A DNA stretch of 64,000 bases from Acidobacteriota bacterium (GTDB lineage Bacteria > Acidobacteriota > Blastocatellia > Pyrinomonadales > Pyrinomonadaceae), in the NCBI GenBank assembly GCA_046727215.1, contig JBKPCC010000040.1, positions 21,637 to 85,636 of the forward strand. Direction: 5' to 3'. Within the stretch, counting starts at the first letter, position 1, and the number at the start of each line of letters is the position of its first letter. A program made the position numbers and the translations under genes. The notes beneath the pieces are model-generated. The model was given only the letters and a program-made list of their open reading frames with translations, was not told the DNA's origin and did no database searches. Positions 1-9,230 of this stretch are shown one piece after another.

Positions 1-1018
1 GCAAATTATCTCCGAAGACGATGAAGGTCGTCCGGAAAAAGCCGCGACAGTTGCGACGAAACTGATCGATCAGGATCGCATAGTGGCGCTGCTAGGCGAA
101 GTCGCTTCGGGTAACAGTCTTGCAGCTGCTCCAAAGGCACAAGCTGCTCACATCCCGATGATTTCCCCATCCTCGACGAATCCCGCTGTAACGCAGGTTG
201 GAGACTACATTTTCCGCGTCTGCTTCATCGATCCGTTTCAGGGCGAAGTGATGGCAAAGTTCGCATTCAATACGCTGAAGGCTAAAAAAGCAGCAATCAT
301 GCTCGACTTCAATTCGCCTTACAGCCGCGGACTGACAGACTTCTTCGAGGCAGCATTCAAGAAATTCGGCGGTCAGATAGTCAGCAAACAGTCTTACACT
401 CAAGGCGATCGAGACTACAAAGGACAGTTAACCGCGATCCGGTCAGACAGTCCTGACGTTATTTATGTGCCGGGTTACTACGGCGAAGTTGGCGTGATTG
501 CTAAACAAGCCAAACAGTTAGGAATCAATGTGCCGCTGCTCGGCGGTGACGGCTGGGATGCGACACAGCTCTGGGACCTTGGTGGTGATTCACTTAACGG
601 CGACTTTATCTCAAACCATTACTCGGTAGACGATCCGTCTCCTTCGATTCAAAAATTTGTGGCTGACTACAAAGGGCGATATGGCCGCGTGCCCGATGCG
701 CTTGCTGCTTTGGGTTACGACGCGATGAGAGTTCTGGCTGACTCGATAAAACGCGCAGGGACAACGGAGGGGCCGAAGCTGCGGGATGCTATTGCCCAAA
801 CGAAGAATTTTGGTGGCGTCACGGGGACGATCAGCATCGATGCCCAGCGAAACGCAATCAAACCCGCAGTGGTATTGAAACTACAAGATCGTAAGTACAT
901 TTATCAGGAAACTATTTATCCTGAAGGCATGGGACCAAACACATCCAGTGCCCCGTCTAACGGCTCAGACACTTCCAGCGCAGCCACACAGCCAGCGAGC
1001 AAGAGCGCTAATCCGTAA
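1..1018 (+). CDS. Branched-chain amino-acid ABC transporter substrate-binding protein (LivK/LivJ-like); 5' end lies outside the window
   Basis: The frame is open from nt 2. The translation is clearly paralogous to the 4941..6182 product (shared motifs GNSLAAAP, ISPSSTNPAVT, GDYIFRVCFID.FQGEVMA). It sits directly upstream of livHMGF. Confidence 0.88.
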   Translation, partial: QIISEDDEGRPEKAATVATKLIDQDRIVALLGEVASGNSLAAAPKAQAAHIPMISPSSTNPAVTQVGDYIFRVCFIDPFQGEVMAKFAFNTLKAKKAAIMLDFNSPYSRGLTDFFEAAFKKFGGQIVSKQSYTQGDRDYKGQLTAIRSDSPDVIYVPGYYGEVGVIAKQAKQLGINVPLLGGDGWDATQLWDLGGDSLNGDFISNHYSVDDPSPSIQKFVADYKGRYGRVPDALAALGYDAMRVLADSIKRAGTTEGPKLRDAIAQTKNFGGVTGTISIDAQRNAIKPAVVLKLQDRKYIYQETIYPEGMGPNTSSAPSNGSDTSSAATQPASKSANP

Positions 1019-1026
1019 CAGTCGTT

Positions 1027-1944
1027 ATGGATACTTTTGTTCAGCAGCTTATTAACGGTCTGACCATTGGTGCGATCTACGCACTGATAGCCCTCGGCTA
1101 TACGATGGTCTACGGCATTCTGCGCCTCATCAATTTTGCCCACGGCGATATCTACATGGTGGGTGCTTTCGTCGGTTACTTTCTCGCGTTCCAGCTTGGT
1201 TTTGCATCAGGGCCAACATTGTTCGGTCTGGTGATTGTCCTGATTGGATCGATGATTGTTTCTGCCATCGTAGGAATGGCAATCGAACGTTTCGCTTACC
1301 GTCCGGTGCGAAGGTACGCTCGTATGACGACACTGATCACGGCGATCGGTGTATCGTTGCTAATCGAAAACCTCTTTGTCGCCCGTCTCGGCGCCGCCCC
1401 GCGCGCGTTCCCTCAATTACTACAAGAACGAAGTTATACCTTATTTGGGAATGCAGCCATCTCGAAGTCACAATTGCTGATTTTTGGCGTGTCGGTGTTG
1501 CTGATGCTATTGCTGCAATGGATCATCTTCAAGACGAAGATCGGAACTGCCATGCGGGCCGTCTCCTTCAACCTGAACTCAGCGAAGCTGATGGGCATCA
1601 ACACCGACGCGATTATCTCTTTTACTTTTGCGCTGGGGTCAGCGCTTGCCGCTGCTGGTGGCGTTTTGACAGCTCAATACAACCCGCAGATTGACCCGTT
1701 GATGGGAATCATAACTGGCCTTAAGGCTTTTGTTGCAGCCGTGCTTGGCGGTATTGGCAACATTCCAGGGGCTGTGTTGGGTGGTCTTCTAATCGGCATT
1801 GCAGAAACGTTCGTAGTCGGATATGGACAGAATGTAGGTGTGCCCACAACGTTTCGCGACGCCGTGGCGTTCGCCATTCTTATTCTAGTGCTGTTGTTTC
1901 GACCAACTGGTTTGCTGGGCGCGACGGTACAAGAAAAGGTCTAG
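1027..1944 (+). CDS. livH: Branched-chain amino-acid ABC transporter permease
   Basis: 305 aa polytopic membrane protein with a typical LivH N-terminus (QQLINGL..G.IYALIALGYTMVYG). Position in the liv operon fits. Confidence 0.9.
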   Translation: MDTFVQQLINGLTIGAIYALIALGYTMVYGILRLINFAHGDIYMVGAFVGYFLAFQLGFASGPTLFGLVIVLIGSMIVSAIVGMAIERFAYRPVRRYARMTTLITAIGVSLLIENLFVARLGAAPRAFPQLLQERSYTLFGNAAISKSQLLIFGVSVLLMLLLQWIIFKTKIGTAMRAVSFNLNSAKLMGINTDAIISFTFALGSALAAAGGVLTAQYNPQIDPLMGIITGLKAFVAAVLGGIGNIPGAVLGGLLIGIAETFVVGYGQNVGVPTTFRDAVAFAILILVLLFRPTGLLGATVQEKV

Positions 1945-2068
1945 AACATTTTCGATTGCCGATGCCGAATGTCCATTGGTCTGGTGACGAGGCTAAATGG
2001 TTCCTGAAATGTCGGCGATTCATCTGAAAATGTTTTCAAGCGGCAATCGACAATCGGAAATCGGCAAT
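1944..2068. repeat. Imperfect inverted repeats built from GATTGCCGAT / CGGCAATCG words, between livH and livM
   Basis: Left GAACATTTTCGATTGCCGATGCCGAATG. Right GAAAATGTTTTCAAGCGGCAATCGACAATCGGAAATCGGCAAT. Similar GGCAATTGGCAATCGGAAATG words recur at about 53843-53864. Confidence 0.45.
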
Positions 2069-2072
2069 ATTA

Positions 2073-3173
2073 ATGCTCCCAAAGCTACTTAAACGGCTCG
2101 CAGCCGCGGTCGTCATCATCCTATTACTGGTCGCTGTCAATCAGTACATGAGCGATCAGGGACTGTTTGGTTTCGGCGTTCCTCCGTATTATGGGCGCGT
2201 CATCATGCTCGCCGGAATCAACGTTACCCTTGCCGTCTCACTAAATCTGATCACAGGCTTTACTGGTCAATTCTCAATCGGACATGCAGGCTTCATGGCG
2301 GTCGGGGCATACACCTCTGCTTACCTCACCGTGTATCACGCACAAAATTGGGAACATGCTCTTGCTGGAGTAGTCGGAGCCGGACTCGCGCACGCACTCA
2401 TCTTTCTGCTAGCAATCATCGTTGGCGGTTTCGCTTCGGCGGTAGCTGGACTGATGGTTGGCATTCCGTCTTTGAGACTGCGCGGTGATTACCTCGCGAT
2501 TGTTACGCTTGGATTTGCAGAAATCATCAGGATCGTAATCCTGAACATCGATAAGGTCGGAGGCGCCACTGGGTTCACTGTTCCCGGTTATACAAACTTC
2601 ATTTGGGTTGGGGCATTCGCGATCATCTCAATCATCACTGTGTATAACATCGTGCACTCGGATGTCGGGCGCGCGCTGGTTTCTATCCGCGAAGACGAAC
2701 TTGCCGCAGAGGCAATGGGAATCAATACCACCCGTTACAAAGTGCTCGCTTTTGTAATTAGTTCTGCCATGGCAGGGATGGCGGGCGTTTTGTTTGGTCA
2801 CTACACATCATTTCTCAGTACAAACGATTTTCAGTTTATTCGTTCATTCGAAATCATCATCATGATCGTGCTTGGCGGGATGGGATCGCTGACGGGCTCA
2901 GTCCTGGGCGCTTTGGTAATCACTGTGCTACCGGAATTTCTGCGGCAGCTGCCGGGAGACCTCTCGCAATATCGGCTGGTAGTTTATTCAGCCCTCCTAA
3001 TCATCATAATGCTTACGAGACCCCAGGGGATCCTTGGCACTAGTGAGTTCGGTCTTTCGTGGTTGAAGCGACCGCAAAAGCGTCCGGAAGGTGACAAACC
3101 CGTCGGCGATACAAAAGGTGTCCCAATTGCCACGCAGTCGTCCGCATCCGGTAAGGAGGTTGAGAACCGATGA
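2073..3173 (+). CDS. livM: Branched-chain amino-acid ABC transporter permease
   Basis: 366 aa polytopic protein with LivM-type motifs (LNLITGFTGQFSIGHAGFMAVGAY, LRGDYLAIVTLGFAEI). Its stop overlaps the next start (ATGA). Confidence 0.9.
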   Translation: MLPKLLKRLAAAVVIILLLVAVNQYMSDQGLFGFGVPPYYGRVIMLAGINVTLAVSLNLITGFTGQFSIGHAGFMAVGAYTSAYLTVYHAQNWEHALAGVVGAGLAHALIFLLAIIVGGFASAVAGLMVGIPSLRLRGDYLAIVTLGFAEIIRIVILNIDKVGGATGFTVPGYTNFIWVGAFAIISIITVYNIVHSDVGRALVSIREDELAAEAMGINTTRYKVLAFVISSAMAGMAGVLFGHYTSFLSTNDFQFIRSFEIIIMIVLGGMGSLTGSVLGALVITVLPEFLRQLPGDLSQYRLVVYSALLIIIMLTRPQGILGTSEFGLSWLKRPQKRPEGDKPVGDTKGVPIATQSSASGKEVENR

Positions 3174-4048
3174 GCGCTGTGCCGGACAAGAAGGGCGATC
3201 GCGACGCCGTTAACGCGACGAAGGAAGAATCGATTATCGCGGAACAAGCGCGTTTGCATGAACGAGGGAAACAGACGATCACAGACGGCGAATATCCCCT
3301 TCGCACGGTCAAGTGTACGATTCGCTTTGGCGGATTGATTGCCGTCAATGAGCTCGACATGAGCGTGCGACGCGAGGAAATCTACGGACTGATTGGCCCA
3401 AACGGCGCAGGTAAAACAACTATCTTCAATCTGCTGACGGGCGTGTATAAGCCGACGTCAGGCGAAATCTATTTTCAACGGCAACGAATTGACGGTCTCA
3501 GATCTTATGAGATCTCACGCCGCGGTGTGTCGCGAACTTTTCAGAATATACGGCTCTTCCCTTCCATGTCTGTGCTGGAGAATGTGATGACTGCATGCCA
3601 CCGGCATGCGTGCCAAAACCTGCTCGATGCCGTGCTGCGGTTACCGCGTTTCGAGCGAGACGAGCGCGACCATCGTGAGTTTTCAATGGAACTGCTCGAA
3701 ATATTTGATCTGGCGCGTTTCAAAGATGAAGGCGGTACGAGTTTGCCGTACGGTAACCAGCGGCGGCTGGAGATCGTGCGCGCTCTCGCAACGCGGCCTT
3801 CCCTGCTCCTGCTCGATGAACCGGCAGCGGGAATGAATCCTTCGGAGCAGGAAGACCTCATGCGCTTGATTCAACAGATACGCGACAAGTTCAAACTGAC
3901 GATCCTGTTGGTCGAACACAACATGAAAGTTGTAATGGGAGTATGCGAGCGAATTCAGGTGGTCGACTACGGAAAATCAATTGCGCTCGGCGTCCCGGAA
4001 CAAATTAAGAACGATCCGAAAGTCATTGAAGCGTATCTGGGCGACTAG
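3170..4048 (+). CDS. livG: Branched-chain amino-acid ABC transporter ATP-binding protein
   Basis: Walker A GPNGAGKTT, signature LPYGNQRRLEI, Walker B LLLLDEPAAGMN, and C-terminal ...VIEAYLG typical of LivG. The N-terminal extension of about 45 aa makes the start uncertain. Confidence 0.88.
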   Translation: MSAVPDKKGDRDAVNATKEESIIAEQARLHERGKQTITDGEYPLRTVKCTIRFGGLIAVNELDMSVRREEIYGLIGPNGAGKTTIFNLLTGVYKPTSGEIYFQRQRIDGLRSYEISRRGVSRTFQNIRLFPSMSVLENVMTACHRHACQNLLDAVLRLPRFERDERDHREFSMELLEIFDLARFKDEGGTSLPYGNQRRLEIVRALATRPSLLLLDEPAAGMNPSEQEDLMRLIQQIRDKFKLTILLVEHNMKVVMGVCERIQVVDYGKSIALGVPEQIKNDPKVIEAYLGD

Positions 4049-4218
4049 CGTTTTTGATTTCTGATTTCTGATTTCGTTTTTTAGTGTCATTTCGTGATGT
4101 GATTTCGTGGATCGTTGATATACGCCAGAAACAGAATCCCCGAAATCAAACGAATAAAGGCGAACAAAGTCTTCGCAAATGACAAATCTCAAATGTCCAA
4201 TGTCCAATGTCAAATAAG
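4049..4218. repeat. Composite intergenic repeat between livG and livF (GATTTC words, family-2 word GTGATTTCGTGGAT, family-3 block)
   Basis: CGTTTTTGATTTCTGATTTCTGATTTCG (4049-4076) is partly complementary to CCAGAAACAGAATCCCCGAAATCAAACG (4125-4152). GTGATTTCGTGGAT lies at 4099-4112. CAAATGACAAATCTCAAATGTCCAATGTCCAATGTCAAAT lies at about 4178-4216. Confidence 0.6.
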
Positions 4219-4243
4219 GTAAATTGTAGTCGCCGCTAATATC

Positions 4244-4948
4244 ATGCTCACGCTAGAAAATGTTTCTGTTAATTACGGAGCAATAGAGGCTCTGACTGGA
4301 CTCTCAATGCACGTTGAAAAAGGCGAAGTCGTCACGCTCATTGGTGCGAATGGCGCGGGCAAGACAACGACACTGCGCACCATCACCGGTTTGCTTGAAC
4401 CACGTGATGGACGAATTAGTTTCGAGGGCAAGGACATCAGTGGCTGCGCAACCCATAAGCTCGTCTCTCGCGGCATCTCTATGTCGCCGGAAGGGCGCGG
4501 TGTTTTCTCGAACTTGTCAGTGCGCGAGAACCTGCAAATGGGAGCATATCTGATTAAAGACAGGCGCGCCGTCGCAGAGGATATGGACCGCGCTTTTCAG
4601 ATGTTTCCCCGTCTAAAGGAACGAGAGTCACAAAAAGCGGGGACATTATCAGGCGGTGAACAGCAGATGCTGGCGATCGGTCGCGCCCTCATGTCCCGAC
4701 CTCGTTTGCTGCTACTCGACGAACCCTCGCTCGGACTTGCGCCCTTAGTGGTCCATACAATCTTTGAAGCGATTGATGAAATTCGCAGCAAGGGAACAAC
4801 CATTCTTCTGGTCGAGCAGAACGCCCGTGCCGCTCTCGGTCACTCCGATCGTGCCTATGTACTCGAGACTGGACGCATTGTGATGGAGGGTCCTTCGAAA
4901 GAGCTCGCGGCCGATCCCAAGATCAAAGAAGCCTACCTCGGTGAGTAA
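4244..4948 (+). CDS. livF: Branched-chain amino-acid ABC transporter ATP-binding protein
   Basis: Walker A GANGAGKTT, signature LSGGEQQMLAIGRAL, Walker B LLLLDEPS, C-terminal KEAYLG. Confidence 0.9.
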   Translation: MLTLENVSVNYGAIEALTGLSMHVEKGEVVTLIGANGAGKTTTLRTITGLLEPRDGRISFEGKDISGCATHKLVSRGISMSPEGRGVFSNLSVRENLQMGAYLIKDRRAVAEDMDRAFQMFPRLKERESQKAGTLSGGEQQMLAIGRALMSRPRLLLLDEPSLGLAPLVVHTIFEAIDEIRSKGTTILLVEQNARAALGHSDRAYVLETGRIVMEGPSKELAADPKIKEAYLGE

Positions 4949-6182
4949 ACTCAACCAATTCTTCAATAAAACCGCAAAGGATCGTCGGCAAAGTGACAGC
5001 CGGTATTTCGAGAAGCACATAATTGCGATCGTCATTCTTGTTTTATGCTCTAGTGTGCTTTTCATTGCTGCTTGCAAACGACAGCAACAAACTACAGCCA
5101 GCCCTGATCGAAGTACAATTAGAATAGGTTATTACGGCGATCTTTCCGGTCAAACATTCAACTTCGGTGAGTCAGCAAAGAACGGCGTCCTCATGGCCGC
5201 GGCGGAAATCAACAGTCTCGGCGGCATAAGCGACCGGCAGATTGACGTGTCGATCGAAGACGACAAAGGCAGCCCTGAACGAGCAGCGACTCTCGCTAGT
5301 AAATTGATAAATCAGGACAAAGTGGTCGCGATTATCGCGGGAGGTGCATCAGGCAACAGTCTTGCAGCCGCACCGAGGGCACAAACGCTCAAAATCCCTT
5401 TCATTTCTCCTTCATCCACTGATCCGGCGGTCACGCGCACTGGTGACTACATCTTTCGTGTTTGTTTCATCGATGCTTTTCAGGGAGAGGTAATGGCGAG
5501 GTTTGCTGCCGAAACCTTGAAGGCTAAGAAGACCGCAATCATGGTTGATTTTAACAATCCGTACAGTCGCGGGTTGAGTGAGTTTTTTGAATTGAGCTTC
5601 ACAAAGCTCGGCGGGGAAATTGTCAGTAAGCAATCGTACGCGCAAGGCGACCCGGATTATAAAGGTCAACTGAGCACGATTCGGGCTACAAATCCCGACG
5701 TAATCTACATTCCCGGGTATTACGCTGATGTTGCCATTATGGCGAAACAGGCGCGTCAACTTGGATTGAACCAACCCTTACTGGGTGGCGACGGTTGGGA
5801 TGCACCTGAGTTGTGGCCGTTGGGTGGAGATGCATTAAACAACTCTTACATTACCAGTCATTATTCGCCCGGCGATCCCTCACCCGCGATTCAAAAATTT
5901 GTCCACGACTATAAACAGCGCTATGGCAATCTCGAGCCTGATGCTCACGCTGCTTTGGCCTATGACGCTATGAATGTAGTTGCGGATGCTATTCGCCGCG
6001 CCGGCACTACTGATTCGGCTAAATTGCGTGAGGCGCTTGCGCAGACAAAAGACTTCAGCGGTGTCACGGGCATGATTAGCATGAACAGGGATCGCGATGC
6101 AGTGAAACCGGCTGTGGTGCTAAAGCTCGAGGACGGACGGCGAATTTACCAGCAGACTATCCAACCTGAAGCGGCCAAATAA
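4941..6182 (+). CDS. Branched-chain amino-acid ABC transporter substrate-binding lipoprotein (second paralogue)
   Basis: Paralogue of the first CDS. The N-terminal hydrophobic segment ends in the lipobox-like FIAAC. The GTG start overlapping the livF stop is the only in-frame start before the signal peptide. Confidence 0.82.
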   Translation: MSKLNQFFNKTAKDRRQSDSRYFEKHIIAIVILVLCSSVLFIAACKRQQQTTASPDRSTIRIGYYGDLSGQTFNFGESAKNGVLMAAAEINSLGGISDRQIDVSIEDDKGSPERAATLASKLINQDKVVAIIAGGASGNSLAAAPRAQTLKIPFISPSSTDPAVTRTGDYIFRVCFIDAFQGEVMARFAAETLKAKKTAIMVDFNNPYSRGLSEFFELSFTKLGGEIVSKQSYAQGDPDYKGQLSTIRATNPDVIYIPGYYADVAIMAKQARQLGLNQPLLGGDGWDAPELWPLGGDALNNSYITSHYSPGDPSPAIQKFVHDYKQRYGNLEPDAHAALAYDAMNVVADAIRRAGTTDSAKLREALAQTKDFSGVTGMISMNRDRDAVKPAVVLKLEDGRRIYQQTIQPEAAK

Positions 6183-6184
6183 AT

Positions 6185-6272
6185 GAGAAATTAGAATTTA
6201 GAATTTCGTGTATTGTGGACTGAGTAATTTTCGAACCACAGAACTTCGTGTACACGAAATTCTAATTTCTGA
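6185..6272. repeat. Long imperfect hairpin between convergent genes (family-2-like words)
   Basis: GAGAAATTAGAATTTAGAATTTCGTGTATTGTGG pairs with CCACAGAACTTCGTGTACACGAAATTCTAATTTCTGA. Confidence 0.6.
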
Positions 6273-6320
6273 TTTTCCCACATTCAGTACGAGCAGACCG
6301 CGTGGCAGGTGAGTTTGCAA

Positions 6321-7127
6321 TCAGTTCGGTCGATCTTGAAAGTCGAAATCCAAGCTGCGCGATTCGTAAGGCGCAACAGTGACATCAGCAGTTCGCTCCC
6401 CAAACCGTTCATGCCATGCGACGACGGTATACGCACCAGGCGGTAGTCCGCTAATGCTATAGAATCCATTCTTGTCGGTTACCGCGAAGAAAGGGTGCGA
6501 TAGAACACCGACATAGGCTTTCATCCAGGGATGTTGGTTGCACTTAAAAGGAACCATAATCTCGGGCCGTGAAAACTGTTTGACAATGGCTTCGGCGCCG
6601 CTCGGTTGCGTCATGTTGAATTCTGCATTGTTCTTCGGGGTCGGATGAATATTGTGTTGAGTTGGATCGCTGTTGGTAATCATCAAAGTTTGGCCCGTTT
6701 GTATGCCCATAACATGCGGAACAAAACGACAGCGACGCTGATCAAGCACGGCAGGCGAAGAGGGTGCCTCAAAAACTAATTTCTCCAAGGCAACTCCTTT
6801 AACGTATACAAAAACATTGGCGACCATTCCGTTTATGATCGCTGCATGTTCCGTTGGGAGACGGCCCTTACCACTGCAGCTCGGATCTGCGGAAGTATCA
6901 ATCTGGAGTACACGCGGAGGATCACCGACAAACGTGATCCTTCCGCTCAATGTAGCCTCATTACCGACCGGCTTATAGGGAATCTTCGTTTGTTCTTGAG
7001 GCAATGAATTGGAATTCTGCAGTGCTGGCCGTGCACCACGAGATACGTTGCCTACCACGAGCCCAATAAGGATCAAAGCCACGGCTGAACAGGTTCGCGC
7101 TAACCGTCGATGCAGGACCTTTATCAT
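6321..7127 (-). CDS. Secreted cupredoxin (amicyanin-like type-1 copper site) fused to a carboxypeptidase-regulatory-like beta-sandwich domain
   Basis: Has an N-terminal signal/TM segment. Candidate T1Cu ligands are H in DPTQHNIHP plus C-x2-H-x2-M in FKCNQHPWM (compare amicyanin CTPHPFM). The C-terminal FYSISGLPPGAYTVVAWHERFG is typical of CarboxypepD_reg-like domains. Confidence 0.6.
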   Translation of the reverse strand: MIKVLHRRLARTCSAVALILIGLVVGNVSRGARPALQNSNSLPQEQTKIPYKPVGNEATLSGRITFVGDPPRVLQIDTSADPSCSGKGRLPTEHAAIINGMVANVFVYVKGVALEKLVFEAPSSPAVLDQRRCRFVPHVMGIQTGQTLMITNSDPTQHNIHPTPKNNAEFNMTQPSGAEAIVKQFSRPEIMVPFKCNQHPWMKAYVGVLSHPFFAVTDKNGFYSISGLPPGAYTVVAWHERFGERTADVTVAPYESRSLDFDFQDRPN

Positions 7128-7203
7128 TTGATTTGCCTCCTTAGCTTAAGAATGCGATTCCTCGATACAGTAAACCATGGGTCTCGATCTCGCTATGTTG
7201 GAA

Positions 7204-8610
7204 TCACGGCTTCGTCTCAGCTTGAGCCACAGTTGCTAATCGCTCTCGCGCGGCGACCAAAGCTCCTGCAACCTCTGTTGGAGACGTACCACCGACTTGT
7301 GATTTGCTTGCGAGAGTCTGTTCCAGCGAAAGCGACTGAAATACGTCGGCACTAATTAAACTTGAATGTCGCTGTAGGTCTGTGAGCGGTACTCGATCCA
7401 GCTCAATGCCTTTATCCAACGCATAGAGCACGATCCGTCCCACCGTCTCGTGAGCTTCACGAAACGGCAAACCCTTTCGCACCAGGTAATCCGCAAGCTC
7501 CGTAGCGTTCAAGAACCCTTTTGCAGCAGCTCGCCTCGCCCGCTCGGCATCGACGCGAATGTTCCGAAGAACAGTAGCAGTCACACTCAAACAAACAATC
7601 ACGGTATCGATAGAACTAAAGAGACCTTCCTTGTCCTCTTGCATATCTTTGTTATACGAAAGCGGAAGGCCTTTTAGCGTGGTCAGAATAGCCAGGAGAT
7701 GGCCGAACACTCTCCCGGCCTTTCCTCGTACCAACTCCATTGAGTCAGGATTCTTCTTTTGTGGCATCAAACTCGAGCCAGTGGCCACAGCGTCGCTGAG
7801 CTCGAAAAAACCGAATTCGGTGGTTGCGTAAACGATGATGTCTTCGGCCAGTCTTGAGAGATGCACCATCATCAAGGAACAAGCCGATAGCACTTCAACG
7901 CAAAAATCACGATCACTGACTGCGTCCACACTATTAGTGGACACCGCATAGAATCCGAGCTCACTGGCAATCGATTCACGATCTATCGGGAAACTCGTGC
8001 CTGCTAATGCGGCAGCTCCAAGAGGCAAAACATTTACACGTTTGCGCGCCTCAGTAAGTCGTTCGAGGTCGCGACTAAACATTTCGAAGTAAGCAAGACC
8101 CCAGTGAGACAGCAAAATCGGTTGGGCACGCTGCAAGTGAGTATATCCAGCGATCACAACATCTGGATTTGCCTCGGCGAAATCGAGAAGTGCTTTCATC
8201 GATTCACGTAATTGACTGGCTATCTCGTCGATGGCCTCTCGCACCCAGATTCGCAGATCTGTCGCGACTTGATCATTTCGACTGCGACCGGTGTGAAGTT
8301 TCCTTCCGGTCTCCCCAATCAATTCGACCAACCGCGCTTCCACAAACGAGTGAATGTCTTCGGCCGCCGGATCAGTGAGGTAATTCGAATCAATTTGGCC
8401 GCGTTCAAGAATTGCATGGAGGCCGTTTATGATTCGTTCACCTTCATCCGGCGTCAATACGCCGGCGCCAATCAATCCTCTCGCATGCGCCAGGCTGGCC
8501 CGCACATCGGCGGCAAACAGACGACGATCGAAATCAAAAGATCGATTGAATTGGGCGAACGTCGCGTCTACTTCGCCTCGGAAACGGCCACCCCATAGGT
8601 TTTTCGCCAT
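7204..8610 (-). CDS. argH: Argininosuccinate lyase
   Basis: Matches ArgH/fumarate-lyase along its length (MAKNLWGGRF start motif; GSSLMPQKKNPD signature). The start was moved to the Met preceding AKNLWGGRF; the ORF-track start at 8709 adds 33 non-conserved residues. Confidence 0.92.
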   Translation of the reverse strand: MAKNLWGGRFRGEVDATFAQFNRSFDFDRRLFAADVRASLAHARGLIGAGVLTPDEGERIINGLHAILERGQIDSNYLTDPAAEDIHSFVEARLVELIGETGRKLHTGRSRNDQVATDLRIWVREAIDEIASQLRESMKALLDFAEANPDVVIAGYTHLQRAQPILLSHWGLAYFEMFSRDLERLTEARKRVNVLPLGAAALAGTSFPIDRESIASELGFYAVSTNSVDAVSDRDFCVEVLSACSLMMVHLSRLAEDIIVYATTEFGFFELSDAVATGSSLMPQKKNPDSMELVRGKAGRVFGHLLAILTTLKGLPLSYNKDMQEDKEGLFSSIDTVIVCLSVTATVLRNIRVDAERARRAAAKGFLNATELADYLVRKGLPFREAHETVGRIVLYALDKGIELDRVPLTDLQRHSSLISADVFQSLSLEQTLASKSQVGGTSPTEVAGALVAARERLATVAQAETKP

Positions 8611-8694
8611 CTGCCAATCCTCCGTCCTCGCCATTCTACCGCCTTGAATCGCTATCGTTCGAAACTTGACGAGTAAACATCCTGGCTGGTATTT

Positions 8695-8732
8695 TATGCA
8701 TCTATGCACTAGTTATGCAAGATTCATGCATA
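8695..8732. promoter_or_regulatory. Candidate ArgR operator in the divergent argH/argR promoter region
   Basis: Three direct TATGCA hexamers (8695-8700, 8703-8708, 8714-8719) plus the inverted partner TGCATA (8727-8732). The last pair gives the 19 nt imperfect palindrome TATGCAAGATTCATGCATA. It contains ATTCAT and TnTGnA elements reminiscent of ARG boxes. Confidence 0.4.
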
Positions 8733-8748
8733 GCTTTGAAAGAGTTTA

Positions 8749-9162
8749 ATGCAGAAGAATCTGCGACAGAAAAAGATCTTGAGCTTGATTCAGGGGCGGT
8801 CGATTGGCACGCAGGCTGAGTTACGCGGCTTGCTTGAACGATCCGGTGTTCCGGTCACGCAGTCGAGCGTGTCGAGGGACCTGGAAGAACTCGGAGTGGT
8901 GAAGCATCACGGCCGCTACACGGTTCCAAGATCGAACGGCAGTAACGCGCGCGGCTTGTTGAGTCTGGACATAGCGGGCGACAACCTGGTCGTCGCGCGG
9001 ACAGAAGCAGGATTGGCATCAGCGGTCGCGGTTGACATCGATGCGGCAGGGATTACAGAAATCGTAGGCACGCTCGCAGGCGAGGACACGATTTTTATCG
9101 CGGTCGGCGACCCAAAGGCACAAAGGGCGGTAATCAAAAAGGTCTTGGACGTATTTGGATAA
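8749..9162 (+). CDS. argR: Arginine repressor
   Basis: 137 aa with an N-terminal winged-helix (Q.EL...L...G..VTQSSVSRDL.ELG) and an ArgR C-terminal oligomerisation domain (GTLAGEDTIF). It lies divergent to argH and heads the arg operon. Confidence 0.88.
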   Translation: MQKNLRQKKILSLIQGRSIGTQAELRGLLERSGVPVTQSSVSRDLEELGVVKHHGRYTVPRSNGSNARGLLSLDIAGDNLVVARTEAGLASAVAVDIDAAGITEIVGTLAGEDTIFIAVGDPKAQRAVIKKVLDVFG

Positions 9163-9230
9163 TTCGGTATTTGGTTTTTGGTCTTTGGACTTAGGACGTA
9201 GGTCTTGTAACTGGCAACATTGACAATACG

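Noticed and set aside
1945-2068. Interleaved A-B-A'-B' topology at the livH/livM spacer, similar to the 40262-40382 locus
   Set aside because: The putative A/A' pair is only about 9 nt and the B/B' complementarity is weak, so the pattern could be chance. Only the general inverted-repeat character is reported.
8611-8709. Extended N-termini given by the ORF track for argH (8709), atpD (52322), the asparaginase-like gene (17947), rlmI (40395), the SPFH gene (52752) and permease 4 (32601)
   Set aside because: The conserved family N-terminus, a signal peptide or an RBS supports a downstream start in each case. The upstream extensions are unconserved or overlap neighbouring genes.
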